64,000 nucleotides of DNA from the NCBI GenBank assembly GCA_018303125.1, contig JAGVYS010000003.1, forward strand, positions 637-64,636. The letters are read 5' to 3'. Shown piece after piece: positions 28,864 to 38,675 of the stretch. Each line of letters starts with the position of its first letter. Within the stretch, counting starts at the first letter, position 1. The stretch is from Candidatus Woesearchaeota archaeon (GTDB lineage: Archaea > Nanobdellota > Nanobdellia > Woesearchaeales > WJIZ01). The notes under the pieces are model-generated. The model was not told where the DNA came from. It worked only from the letters and a program-made list of their open reading frames with translations, and ran no database searches. The translations under genes and the position numbers were made by a program.

Positions 28864-29490
28864 ATGATAATGATAACTAAAAGCCAGCTGAAAAAAGTCG
28901 AGGAATTTGCAGAGAAGGAATATTCTGACTTGAACTGGATGCATGTCTGCGGCATAAGGAAGATAGCGAAAATAATTTCAGAAAAGGAGAATGCAGATTC
29001 TTCAATAGTCGACCTTGCCGTGCTTTTCCATGACATAGCAAAAAAAGATTTTAAGCGTGAGATTTACCACCATATAGAGGGCAGCAAGGTAGCAGAGAAA
29101 TTCTTAAGCGAAATCGGTGTTGGCAATGCTACCATAGGAAAAGTCTGCCATTGTGTAATATCTCACTCAACGCCATTGGAATATTTTAAAGAAAAGGCAA
29201 GGAAGCTTAATTTGCCAAAGTCATTCCTGCCTGAGCCAAAGACTATCGAAGCCAAGGTCCTATTCGACTCTGACATGCTGCAGCAATTAAGCCCCTATGG
29301 CATAACAAAGAGCCTTTACATGAATTACACAACATACAATTTTGGCTTCGTTGAAGGGTTCAAAAAGACAGGCAATACATTGGTTAATGATGCATGCAAG
29401 GCGCTGTTCACCAAAACAGCAAGGGAAATGGCAAAGGAAAGGATTGCTTTCCTTAAGAAATTCTTTGGCTGGCTTGAAAGGTGTGACTAG
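28864..29490 (+). CDS. HD-domain phosphohydrolase
   Basis: H...HD...H...D pattern (HVCGIRK...VLFHDIAK...ISHS...D). Confidence 0.7.
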   Translation: MIMITKSQLKKVEEFAEKEYSDLNWMHVCGIRKIAKIISEKENADSSIVDLAVLFHDIAKKDFKREIYHHIEGSKVAEKFLSEIGVGNATIGKVCHCVISHSTPLEYFKEKARKLNLPKSFLPEPKTIEAKVLFDSDMLQQLSPYGITKSLYMNYTTYNFGFVEGFKKTGNTLVNDACKALFTKTAREMAKERIAFLKKFFGWLERCD

Positions 29491-29585
29491 CTCTGCCTTT
29501 GGTGTTGCCAGGGCATTAATTTGGGTGATATGCTTTAATTCTGGCAATTTTAAAAGCGCCAAAATTGTTTTGTGCTGTTCAGATA

Positions 29586-29596
29586 CCTTTATATAC
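29586..29596 (+). promoter_or_regulatory. archaeal TATA-box candidate upstream of aIF-1A
   Basis: ctttatatacg lies ~25-30 bp upstream of the ATG at 29619, consistent with a leaderless or short-leader transcript. Confidence 0.4.
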
Positions 29597-29618
29597 GCTC
29601 TATTGTTCTTGACGAGGG

Positions 29619-29981
29619 ATGAAGCCGGGCCATAAATCCAATGGAAGAGGGAAGGAGCTTACCGCAGAGGAGCAGGCGCAGTCAGAGATATCCAGGATTA
29701 AGCTTCCGTGGAAGGACCAGAGTTTCGGCATTGTTGACCAGAGGCTTGGCGGCTCAAGGATGCGCGTAAGATGCCTGGATGGCAAGACAAGGATATGCAG
29801 GATTCCTGGCAGGCTAAAGAGAACGCTTTGGGTGAAGGAAGGCAATCTTGTTGTTATACAGCCATGGGAATTAGGCGGCGATGAGAAAGGGGATGTCGTT
29901 TACAAGTACACAAATGCACAGGTCAATTATCTGAAGGGCAAGAGTTACCTCAAGGCACTTGAGGGCACAGAAGAATTCTGA
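29619..29981 (+). CDS. eif1a: translation initiation factor 1A (aIF-1A)
   Basis: S1-like OB-fold pattern GRGKELTAEEQ...MRVRCLDGKTRICRIPGRLKRTLWVKEGNLVVIQPWE, typical of e/aIF-1A. Confidence 0.85.
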   Translation: MKPGHKSNGRGKELTAEEQAQSEISRIKLPWKDQSFGIVDQRLGGSRMRVRCLDGKTRICRIPGRLKRTLWVKEGNLVVIQPWELGGDEKGDVVYKYTNAQVNYLKGKSYLKALEGTEEF

Positions 29982-30012
29982 GAGATAAGTTTATTAAACA
30001 ATTAAAGAGATT

Positions 30013-30618
30013 TTGCATTCCATGCTAATATCCCAGGGGGCAGAGGCAAGGCTCTATAAGGAAGGCACTCTGCTAATAAAAGACAGGATAAGGAAGAATT
30101 ACAGGCACAGCAGCATAGATTCTTATTTGAGAAAATCCAGGACAAGGAGGGAAGCTTTGGTTTTGGAAAAGGCATCAAAGCTTGGCATACCTGTGCCTGC
30201 GCTCAGGCATTCTGATGGCATATCAATCCTGAAAGAAGATTTCATAGAAGGGGGCAAGCTTAGTGATGTTATAGAGAAAATAAATTATGCTGATGTCGCA
30301 TTCAGGCTCGGCAGCATAATATCTAAGCTGCACAGCAACAACATTATCCATGGCGATTTGACAACCAGCAACATTATTGTTTCGGGCAAGGAATTATTTC
30401 TCATTGATTTCGGGCTCAGCTTCTTTTCGCGCAGGATTGAAGACAAGGTAGTTGATGTCAACCTTTTCAGGCAAGCGTTGGAAGCAAGGCATCCTTCAAT
30501 ATGGGAGGACTGCTTTAGCTCGTTCATTAAAGGCTATCTCGGGAAAAATGATTCTAAGGAATTTCTCAGCAGGCTGGATGTAGTAAGCTCAAGGGGCAGG
30601 AACAAAAGGAAGGTTTAA
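30013..30618 (+). CDS. bud32: Kae1-associated Ser/Thr kinase Bud32 (KEOPS subunit, RIO-like small kinase)
   Basis: GAEARLYKEG..., catalytic IIHGDLTTSNIIV and FLIDFGLS. Confidence 0.8.
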   Translation: MHSMLISQGAEARLYKEGTLLIKDRIRKNYRHSSIDSYLRKSRTRREALVLEKASKLGIPVPALRHSDGISILKEDFIEGGKLSDVIEKINYADVAFRLGSIISKLHSNNIIHGDLTTSNIIVSGKELFLIDFGLSFFSRRIEDKVVDVNLFRQALEARHPSIWEDCFSSFIKGYLGKNDSKEFLSRLDVVSSRGRNKRKV

Positions 30619-30643
30619 ATAGAAAAATGCCAATGATGAGCAA

Positions 30644-31198
30644 GTGAAAAACGAGACACTCATAAAATATATACTGTGGTTGTTCTCAGTCATATTCGTT
30701 GCACTTGAGTTTGTTGCCCTTGGCATTGACAGCCATTATAAGTTCGACTTCATCTTTGTGATGGCACTATTGTGGTCCCTATACCTTGGAAGGGAAAAGC
30801 TGCATCTTCACTGGCTGCATTACCTTTCATTTGCATTTTTCCTACTGCTGCATGACATAGGGATGTTCAGGCTTTATGAGCTATTTATACTTGGCATAGA
30901 ATATGATTATATAATCCACTTCATTTTCGGATACATATCATCCCTAATAATCTTCAGGTTCTACTCACTCAATGCATATCCAAATGTGTATTTAACAACG
31001 ATACTGCTTGTCCTTGGCCTTTCTGCGGTGCATGAGCTTTATGAGTTTGCAGGAGCCTTGGTTCTGGGTGAGGGGGAGGGAGTGCTTTTCATAGGTGCAG
31101 GCGACCTTGACCAGTGGGACACGCAGAAGGATATGGCGAATAACCTTATAGGTGGCATTGTAGCAGTTGCATACCATTTGATAACGAGGAAGAAATAG
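30644..31198 (+). CDS. integral membrane protein, function unknown
   Basis: Multiple hydrophobic helices, 184 aa. Confidence 0.5.
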   Translation: MKNETLIKYILWLFSVIFVALEFVALGIDSHYKFDFIFVMALLWSLYLGREKLHLHWLHYLSFAFFLLLHDIGMFRLYELFILGIEYDYIIHFIFGYISSLIIFRFYSLNAYPNVYLTTILLVLGLSAVHELYEFAGALVLGEGEGVLFIGAGDLDQWDTQKDMANNLIGGIVAVAYHLITRKK

Positions 31199-31199
31199 C

Positions 31200-32774
31200 A
31201 TGAAAATTTTACTTATCTTGGCAATGCTCGCTTTATGCCTTCCAGCAGTTTTTTCTGACATCTCCGGCTTTATCATGCTAGGGGAGGAGAAGTCATACAT
31301 AATTCCGGAAAAGAATTTTACCATATCCCTTCTCGACTTTAATCCTCTTACAGAGAGGCTCTCCTTCAGAATTGATGGCATGCTCCTTGATGTGCTCCCC
31401 TCACAGAAGAGAAATGTCACGTTTGCCAATTTTGAGGTCATAGGCTATTCAGGCCAGTCAAAGTCAGATTTCAGCGTATCTTTCACTTTCTCCAATATTG
31501 GACATTTTGAGTGCGTGAAGAAATGCAAGGAAAACATGTTTATAGATTTCATGAGGTATTTTGACCCTGAATTCAACATTTGCACAGAGGACTGCAATGC
31601 CGGCTGCAAGCTTTATATGGAGGACAGGTGTGTAGCAGGTGAGGAATGGATAATGAGCAATTGCGGTGAAAAGCTCAGCCTTTTATCTGACAATTGCACG
31701 AGCCCTAGGAAAAAGCACACGCTTCAGTGCATTTCTGACTCTGATTGCAAATCACTATCATGCCATTTTGGAATGTGCATTAACAGTACATTTTCAATCG
31801 GAGATGCATTGTGCGAGCTTCCGTCAGAGCCATGCTCCTCCCCAGACTGCACATGCGGCTCAATTCCTGTCCCTAAAAAGATAGAAGGGCCAATAATTCT
31901 TTTCCACGGATTCACGAGTTCTCCTGATAAGATGAAAAACCTTCAGAGGAGGCTGTCGATTGATTTGCACTATGCTGATGGTGGAGAGCTAACACTTGAA
32001 AAGGGGTGCAAGAAAACTGATAGGAACACTGTTTACACCGCTTCCTACTATATAGGTGATGAGAATAAGAGGCCGCTGGAGATACTTGTGGGAGCAAGCT
32101 ATTACCAGACTTATTCCAATCTTAAATCAACAGACGCAAGCCTTACTTTCCGTGATACCTTCTCAAGGATAATAGAGAAGGCAAGGCAGTGCTCTAACTC
32201 AGATAAGGTAACCATAATAGCACACAGCATGGGAGGCATTATAGCAAGATCATACATTCTTGAAGGCAATAACGCAGGAAAGGTACATAAGCTTGTTTTG
32301 CTTGCCTCACCAAATAAAGGGGGAGTGTACGGCAACCAGAAATATGAGCTGGTCAAGGGGCTCGAGGCAGAGCTTGGCGACAGGAAGGATTTGCTAAGCA
32401 AGTGTGCAAGTGCAGGGCTTCCTTCGGTTGTGCTTTCACTGATGGATGGCAGGGATGTTACAGGAGAGTGCCAGCAGATGCAGCAGGCAAACACAATTTC
32501 TAATCCCATACTTGAGCATGATGAAACTCCAGGCATTGTAGAATACTATACAATTGCAGGAAATGTAGATGGCAAGGGTGATGGTGTTGTAACAATGGAA
32601 AGCGCTGCGCTTGATGGCGCTGACAATAGGATAGTTGAGTGCGACCACTTCTCTCTTAGGGACCCATTGAAATGCAGGGCATCATACCTTGAAGTAATAA
32701 AATCCTTGGGCTACAGTGAGGACGATCTTAAGAAGCCGAACATCATAGACAGGATTCTTGGTATTTTTCCTTAG
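31200..32774 (+). CDS. secreted Cys-rich protein with a C-terminal alpha/beta-hydrolase (lipase/esterase, PGAP1-like) domain
   Basis: N-terminal signal peptide, many Cys in the N-terminal half, ILFHGFTSSPDK and the nucleophile elbow IIAHSMGG (GxSxG). Confidence 0.6.
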   Translation: MKILLILAMLALCLPAVFSDISGFIMLGEEKSYIIPEKNFTISLLDFNPLTERLSFRIDGMLLDVLPSQKRNVTFANFEVIGYSGQSKSDFSVSFTFSNIGHFECVKKCKENMFIDFMRYFDPEFNICTEDCNAGCKLYMEDRCVAGEEWIMSNCGEKLSLLSDNCTSPRKKHTLQCISDSDCKSLSCHFGMCINSTFSIGDALCELPSEPCSSPDCTCGSIPVPKKIEGPIILFHGFTSSPDKMKNLQRRLSIDLHYADGGELTLEKGCKKTDRNTVYTASYYIGDENKRPLEILVGASYYQTYSNLKSTDASLTFRDTFSRIIEKARQCSNSDKVTIIAHSMGGIIARSYILEGNNAGKVHKLVLLASPNKGGVYGNQKYELVKGLEAELGDRKDLLSKCASAGLPSVVLSLMDGRDVTGECQQMQQANTISNPILEHDETPGIVEYYTIAGNVDGKGDGVVTMESAALDGADNRIVECDHFSLRDPLKCRASYLEVIKSLGYSEDDLKKPNIIDRILGIFP

Positions 32775-33043
32775 TCCTTTTTCATTTCTTTCAGGGATTT
32801 CTCCATCATGGGCATTACAGCTTCAGCCTCTTCCCTTATCATCCTGCCTAGCTTTGCAAATGTCCATTCTGCAGTATTAGGGTTCCTGTTTTCCCTGCTT
32901 ATCTGCAGTTTCTTCTCCCCGTCGTTGTAGGAGTAAACTCCCACAGTTATTTTTGTTGTCTCAAATTCCTTTGTTTCCGAGAAAAGCTTCTTGTCAAGGT
33001 TCTTGTCAAATGCCATTATATCACCATTTTTTGGAAAATTCAA
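32771..33043 (-). CDS. small hypothetical protein (possibly PC4/YdbC-like ssDNA-binding fold)
   Basis: 90-aa ORF; weak resemblance to PC4-like proteins (...KLQISRENRNPNTAEWTFAKLGRMIREE). Confidence 0.35.
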   Translation of the reverse strand: MNFPKNGDIMAFDKNLDKKLFSETKEFETTKITVGVYSYNDGEKKLQISRENRNPNTAEWTFAKLGRMIREEAEAVMPMMEKSLKEMKKD

Positions 33044-33161
33044 TGGTTTTTAATGCTTTGGGCAAATTTTGATCCCATTTGTCGCAGATACTTAACTTCT
33101 TGAGAGGGGAATAAATCATTCTTTGGCAAACTTTTTAACCTGAAGCAATGAGCCATCAGCC

Positions 33162-33755
33162 ATGATAAGGGCAATACTCTTCGACATGGATGGCGTTCTT
33201 GTTGACTCAATCAAGGCATGGTTTACAACGTTCAACATGACCCTGAAGAAATTCGAGGGGAAAGAGATAACCCTTAAAGAGTTCGAAAGCGATGTATGGG
33301 CACAGGATTTCAACATAACAAGGACAAAATATTTTTCTGCTGATAAATCCCTAGTTGATTCTTACTTCTATTCTCTCCAGCCAAAGCTTCTGGATATGAT
33401 GGAAAGAGATGAAAAGGTATGCAGTGCACTGAAGTTATTGAAGGAAAAATATGTGCTTGCTGTTGTTACAAATACGCAGACATCTTTGGCAGAAAAGGTG
33501 CTTTCCAAGCTTGAAATAATTGGTTTTTTCAGCAAAGTCATAGGCATAGGCAAGGACATGAAAGGCAAGCCAGAGCCTGATATTGTATTGCTGGCGCTGG
33601 AAAAGCTTGGCCTGAAAAGCAATGAGGCTGTCTTCGTAGGAGACACTATCTGGGACAGGATGGCTGCAGGAAAAGCAAAGGTAAAGTTCATCGGCTACAG
33701 GATTAAAGGCGACGAAAGGATTGGATCTTTGGAAGAACTAAATAGTTTATTGTAG
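33162..33755 (+). CDS. HAD-superfamily hydrolase (beta-phosphoglucomutase/phosphatase-like)
   Basis: Motif I ILFDMDGVLVDS, motif III K...VVTN, motif IV VGDTIWD. Confidence 0.8.
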   Translation: MIRAILFDMDGVLVDSIKAWFTTFNMTLKKFEGKEITLKEFESDVWAQDFNITRTKYFSADKSLVDSYFYSLQPKLLDMMERDEKVCSALKLLKEKYVLAVVTNTQTSLAEKVLSKLEIIGFFSKVIGIGKDMKGKPEPDIVLLALEKLGLKSNEAVFVGDTIWDRMAAGKAKVKFIGYRIKGDERIGSLEELNSLL

Positions 33756-33763
33756 AATTTTGC

Positions 33764-36493
33764 TCACTGGGATGGCAAAGTCAAGTTATAAAAAGCAAAT
33801 AGCTGTTCTGCAAGAGGCTCAAGTATCTCACTAGGAAAGCAGAATCTAAGTTCTGTGAACTGTCTGCGGAATTTGGTAATTTCACCAGCAACATTTTTTC
33901 CTTTCAATGCTTCGGCAGTATAGCCGGCAAGTGTTTCAAAGTCTCCATTGTTCATTCCCCATCTTGTCATCTCCTGTGTGCCCGTCCTTATGCACGAGCC
34001 ATCTGAAAAGCCAGCATCCCTGTCAATGCCTTGGGAACTTGTGATGATGTTATTATCTTCAAGCACTCTTGCAAAATAAGGCCCCCGATTTTTTCCCACA
34101 TTGATAATCACCTGATGTGATTGTGTATAGCCAACACTTGGGTTGCCTTCTACTTTTACACCCTCTTCAATTAATCCCCTGGCATAAGCTTTCGCATTGC
34201 TTAGTACCAGTGGCTGGTATCCTGCACGGAAAGCAAGCATCTCCTGTGCTGCAACATAGGCCCCCAAAAGAGTTCCGGGGTGGTGGTTGCTGCTGCTTCC
34301 TGGGAAAGCGCCCTTCTCAACAGCGCTCCATAATGGGCTTAGGTAGTCTCCTTCAACTATATTGCTTGCGACAATTCCCCTTTGTGTACCAAAGAAAGTT
34401 TTGTGTATTGAGCCGGTTACAAAATCTATTCCTTCATTAAATGGCTCCTGGAAATTCGAGCCAAAAAGCCCCATCACATGTGAGCCGTCATACATCACAA
34501 CAGGCCTGTGCTTAAGCCCTGAAACTATCTCTATTATCTGTCTCACAGGCTCAGGGCCAAGAGTCATGCTTTTTCCAAGTATTATCAGGTCCAGCCATGA
34601 TATGGAAGCTAGTTCATGTATCAGGTCAGAGGTTTTATCGAGGTCAATCTCGAAAGGATTGTCTTTTCTAACAGGGAACGCATCAATGCAGTATCTTCCT
34701 GATGCAGGATCTCTTGCAATGAAATTCTTAAGCTCGCCTCTGAGCTGTGCGCTGAGATGCCCCCCCATCATCAGGTCGTGAGCAAGTGCCCTAAGCCTTC
34801 TTGCCTCGCCTTTCTCTCCTCGGTTGACATATTCAGTAAGAGCTTTGTAAAGCACAAGGTTGGCTTGCTGCCCTGAAATTGGCCTTGCCTCCACATTTCT
34901 GCATCCAAGATATTCCCTCATTGATGCTTCAAATTTAGCTTGGACTTCAAGTATAAAATCAGTACCCTGATAGTATGCTACTGGCTGGTTGCGGTCAAAT
35001 GCCAGAATCCTTGAATTCTCTGCATATCTTCCAGGGTCGGCAATTGAAAGTAGCGCAGCATGAGGTGAAAGCATGCTCTCGGAAGCTATGAGATTGAATG
35101 TCTCAGTGTGCCTTCTATTTCTCTCATTGGCTGCTTGTGTGATGACCGTTTTCACGGCTTCTAGCCTATCAGAAGAGGATAACATATGATAATTTCTATG
35201 TACCTCAGGATGTATTACAGGCCTTACATAAGGTGCAGCCACTCTCATGTTAGGCACACCCACAACAGCAGGCACTTTATTGTTCCTTATCTCAATATCC
35301 ACATTTACACCATAATCCCTTGGGTCTATTGCAGGGTCAACAAGGGCAAGCCCTATTGCACGCGTATTATTATTTTCGGTAATTTCAGAAATCATCCCTC
35401 TTGTAGTTATTTCCCAGAAAGGCACACATGTACCGCTTGTAACGTATCCTATATGGCTACTGCCATTCCATACTTTGTATCCATTCCTGGGCGGATTTCT
35501 TCCAGGGCCATCTTTGTTTTGGTTTAAGATAGCAATAGGCATTAGCGCATAAGGCACTGCTCTCTCTTCCATGCCCTTAAAAACACCCCTCTTCCAGCCC
35601 TGCACCTCGAGATACTGTTCCCAGAGTGCTTCCCTCCCGATAAAATCGCCTTTGCTGTTCTCGAACCTGGTTGCCATCCTGCCTATAGGGACAGAAAAAA
35701 CAGGAATATCTTTTCCGTCAGGGCCTTTTCCGAATTCATGCCCATATAACGGCAACGCTGATTCAAGCCTTAATGTGTCTCTTGCGCCAAGCCCTACAGC
35801 AACAAAGCCATGTTGTTCTCCTATTTCATAAATCATATCCCAGAGACTTGCTGCCTTTGCCCTGTCCATAAAAAGCTCGAAGCATACAGGCTCTCCTGTA
35901 TAGCCTGTCCTTGCGATTACTAGCTCAGTTCCTTCAAAACTTGCAGTTGATACCATGTTCCTTTTGTTTTCAGGCAACTCTCCTGAGGATACAATCTGCT
36001 CAAGGACTCGCTGGGAATTCGGCCCCTGGAGTGCAAACATCTGCACTTCCTCACTCCTGTCAACTAGGCCAACATCAAATTTTTTTGCATTCTCTCTTAG
36101 CCAGCCGAGGTCTTTTGCCCTATTGGATGCATTGACTACAAGAAGAAATTGCTTTTTGTCAAGCCTGTAAAGATATGCATCATCAATAGCATTGCCCTTC
36201 TCATCAGGTATTACAGTGTATTGGGCTTCTCCCTTGCGGAGAGCTAGTGCATTGTTTGTAAGAACATGATTAAGAAAAGGAACAGCACCTTCTCCGGAAA
36301 CAAAAAACCTTCCCATGTGCGAGATGTCAAACAATCCCGCATTTTTTCTTGTTGAGCGGTGCTCGAATAAAGTTCCTGTGCCGCCCCTTTGTTCATTGTA
36401 AGAAATAGGCATTTCAAAGCCGCCAAAAGGAGACATAGTGGCTCTGGCCTTGTGCCATTCATGCAAGACAGTTTCGGAAAGACCTTCTGGCAT
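33764..36493 (-). CDS. apparent fusion protein: N-terminal aminomethyltransferase (GcvT-like folate-binding) plus C-terminal serine hydroxymethyltransferase-like PLP domain
   Basis: One 909-aa ORF. N-terminus: FGGFEMPISY, LFDISHMG (GcvT signatures). C-terminus: FNLIASESMLSPHAALLS (SHMT LIASEN-like), GSIHKTFFGTQRGIV (SHMT PLP-lysine region THKT..GPRGG). Confidence 0.65.
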   Translation of the reverse strand: MPEGLSETVLHEWHKARATMSPFGGFEMPISYNEQRGGTGTLFEHRSTRKNAGLFDISHMGRFFVSGEGAVPFLNHVLTNNALALRKGEAQYTVIPDEKGNAIDDAYLYRLDKKQFLLVVNASNRAKDLGWLRENAKKFDVGLVDRSEEVQMFALQGPNSQRVLEQIVSSGELPENKRNMVSTASFEGTELVIARTGYTGEPVCFELFMDRAKAASLWDMIYEIGEQHGFVAVGLGARDTLRLESALPLYGHEFGKGPDGKDIPVFSVPIGRMATRFENSKGDFIGREALWEQYLEVQGWKRGVFKGMEERAVPYALMPIAILNQNKDGPGRNPPRNGYKVWNGSSHIGYVTSGTCVPFWEITTRGMISEITENNNTRAIGLALVDPAIDPRDYGVNVDIEIRNNKVPAVVGVPNMRVAAPYVRPVIHPEVHRNYHMLSSSDRLEAVKTVITQAANERNRRHTETFNLIASESMLSPHAALLSIADPGRYAENSRILAFDRNQPVAYYQGTDFILEVQAKFEASMREYLGCRNVEARPISGQQANLVLYKALTEYVNRGEKGEARRLRALAHDLMMGGHLSAQLRGELKNFIARDPASGRYCIDAFPVRKDNPFEIDLDKTSDLIHELASISWLDLIILGKSMTLGPEPVRQIIEIVSGLKHRPVVMYDGSHVMGLFGSNFQEPFNEGIDFVTGSIHKTFFGTQRGIVASNIVEGDYLSPLWSAVEKGAFPGSSSNHHPGTLLGAYVAAQEMLAFRAGYQPLVLSNAKAYARGLIEEGVKVEGNPSVGYTQSHQVIINVGKNRGPYFARVLEDNNIITSSQGIDRDAGFSDGSCIRTGTQEMTRWGMNNGDFETLAGYTAEALKGKNVAGEITKFRRQFTELRFCFPSEILEPLAEQLFAFYNLTLPSQ

Positions 36494-36937
36494 TATTTCT
36501 ACCCCTCTACTCCAGAGTGGTGCTTATTTATATATATTTCTTCTTATCGGGTTTTAAAGGCATAATCATGGCTTAGAATTGTCTCTGAAACAAATAATCA
36601 GCCTAAATCAAACGCCATACTCCATAGCGGCATTTATACCAGGAAAAGAAGATTTCAGACTTGCTAAAATGCCTTCAAGTTCTTTTCCATCCATTCTCCT
36701 TGCCTCATGCAAAGGATTAGGTTCTATCCTGACGCTTATTTTTATGTCCAAGGTCCGGTTAAAGTATTCAGAGAACGCTTCCTTCAATTGTCCGAGGCCA
36801 TTAATTGTACCTAAAACTGAGCCACCAATTTCATTGGGCAATCTGCCACTGTATCCAATTAGTTTTCCCGGTATATGATAAAAACTTATAAAATAATTGT
36901 CCATGCAGATATAGATATCAATATTTGCTTAAAAATT

Positions 36938-37531
36938 TTACCTTGAGGCATCAGCCTGTCTTTCTACTTCCAATTTCTTGGAGATTGCATGCGAGGTATT
37001 GCTCATGCCGTATGCATTTATTATCTCTTCTGCTATGCAGTTCTCTATGCTCTTCTTTGAGTTGAAGCTTTTCCAGAAACTTCCCTGTACGAAATGCCGC
37101 AAGGCAAGATCAATTCTTCTTTGTGGAGAGCATTCCACGGCCTTGGGGTATCTTGCTCCTCCGTATTCTATGGTTATTATCTCTTCCCTCTGCGCGGCAT
37201 TCTCAAGCGCCTGCACGTAAACTTTGATAGGATTCTGCTTCAGCTTGCTCTCTATTATTTCAAATGCCTTCTCTATTATCCTGTAAGCATTGTCTGCCTT
37301 GCCTGTGACATGGCCTGATGATTTGAAATGCTCTTTGCCCTTATGGCCTGGCACCATCACCTTGTTTATCAATCTCTCGACGATAAATATCTTGCTCTTG
37401 TGGAATCTGTTGCCCGCATATCTGGAACCGGTCTTGGGCACTACTTTTGGCTCAAGCGTGATATATCTGGTAAGTCCCGGATCACTGACCTTAACATCAG
37501 AAACATCCCACCTGTTGAATGCAAGTATCAT
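36938..37531 (-). CDS. rps7: 30S ribosomal protein S7 (uS7)
   Basis: Archaeal S7 architecture ([20 protein letters not shown]...); last gene of the rpo-S12-S7 operon. Confidence 0.9.
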   Translation of the reverse strand: MILAFNRWDVSDVKVSDPGLTRYITLEPKVVPKTGSRYAGNRFHKSKIFIVERLINKVMVPGHKGKEHFKSSGHVTGKADNAYRIIEKAFEIIESKLKQNPIKVYVQALENAAQREEIITIEYGGARYPKAVECSPQRRIDLALRHFVQGSFWKSFNSKKSIENCIAEEIINAYGMSNTSHAISKKLEVERQADASR

Positions 37532-37965
37532 TTTCTAGCCTTCTCCAGCTTGCCCTTCCTGAGCGCATCAAGGCTCTGGTCATTTACTTGTATAACTTGC
37601 CATCTTATGCCTGGCAAATCTCCCTTGGCTTTTCCCATGGAGCCGCCTATGCACTCAACAAGCACTTCATCGTGCTCGTCAACGAGCTTCGTTGCGCCGT
37701 CTCCTGGAAGAAATGCGCTTATCTGCCTGCCATTCTTTATGAGCTGGACCCTTACGGCCTTCCTCATGCCTGAATTTGGTTGCTTAGCCTCTACCTGTAT
37801 CTTCTCAAGGACAAGTGCCTTTGCCTGTGAAGAACCCTCTAGCGGGTCGGACTTTGACTTCAGGTCAAGTGTCTTTCTTACGAACCACTTATCCTTCCAT
37901 TTGGATACCGCCCTTCTCTTCATCAGCTTCTTTGCCGAATTTATTCCCCTTGATTTGTGTCCCAT
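37528..37965 (-). CDS. rps12: 30S ribosomal protein S12 (uS12)
   Basis: [29 protein letters not shown] conserved core. Confidence 0.9.
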   Translation of the reverse strand: MGHKSRGINSAKKLMKRRAVSKWKDKWFVRKTLDLKSKSDPLEGSSQAKALVLEKIQVEAKQPNSGMRKAVRVQLIKNGRQISAFLPGDGATKLVDEHDEVLVECIGGSMGKAKGDLPGIRWQVIQVNDQSLDALRKGKLEKARK

Positions 37966-38002
37966 TTTATTTCGTGTACAGCGAGCATATTTAAACCTTT
38001 TC

Positions 38003-38407
38003 TCAGGCTACGCTCACATCCTCCACATTAAAGTGCCTCTTTACTATTGAGCTTATCCTGCCTAAGTTTGACCTGTCCCTTCCTATCAATCTTGCCCTTG
38101 TCTCCCTGTCTCCTCCTTTTATTATCAGATTCTTTCCCTCAAGCTTGGCCTCAGCCACGAGAGGGTGTATGATGTTTGAGACGAATTTTTCAACATTTTC
38201 ATCGAATTCAAGCACCTTGACATGCTTCCTGAGTGCAGACTCAACGCTTTTCAGGTTTCTCATGTTTCTGCCCATGGCAAGGCCCATGTCGCCCTTCTCG
38301 ACTATGAACATGGCCAAATCAGGAATACAATCCTTTACTCTTGCCCCGGTCATTGATTCGAAGAATGTGATGAGCCCGAGGGTGGATAAATCATACACCT
38401 TCCTCAA
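38003..38407 (-). CDS. nusA: archaeal NusA-like transcription factor (tandem KH domains)
   Basis: 134 aa with two KH-like GxxG regions ([20 protein letters not shown]); conserved position between L30e and S12. Confidence 0.8.
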   Translation of the reverse strand: MRKVYDLSTLGLITFFESMTGARVKDCIPDLAMFIVEKGDMGLAMGRNMRNLKSVESALRKHVKVLEFDENVEKFVSNIIHPLVAEAKLEGKNLIIKGGDRETRARLIGRDRSNLGRISSIVKRHFNVEDVSVA

Positions 38408-38674
38408 TCAGCCCCTCACCTTTCCTATTGCAGATATGGAAAATTGCCTCTTGCACAGTATCCCGAACTCATTCCCGTCTACGGCAAGCTCAGTCACAGG
38501 CACGTTTGATATGGCAGCATATCTAAGTATGTCTGCCTTTGCCTTCTGTGAAACAGTGGAGGAAAGCCATATTGCTTCTATGCTCCTGCCTGATAATCCA
38601 TTCAGTACGCTGTTCACTCCAACAACTAGCTTTTTCTGCTTTGCCAGCTTTTTTATCTCAGTATCGTCGCTCAT
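38408..38674 (-). CDS. rpl30e: 50S ribosomal protein L30e (eL30)
   Basis: 88 aa at the conserved position between rpoA'' and nusA; L30e-like pattern (KLVVGVNSVLNGLSGRS...). Confidence 0.75.
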   Translation of the reverse strand: MSDDTEIKKLAKQKKLVVGVNSVLNGLSGRSIEAIWLSSTVSQKAKADILRYAAISNVPVTELAVDGNEFGILCKRQFSISAIGKVRG

Positions 38675-38675
38675 T

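Noticed and set aside
36579-36904. Overlapping ~98-aa ORFs on both strands between the GcvT-SHMT gene and rps7
   Set aside because: Neither shows family signatures and they exclude each other. The minus-strand one could be a real small protein, but the evidence is insufficient.
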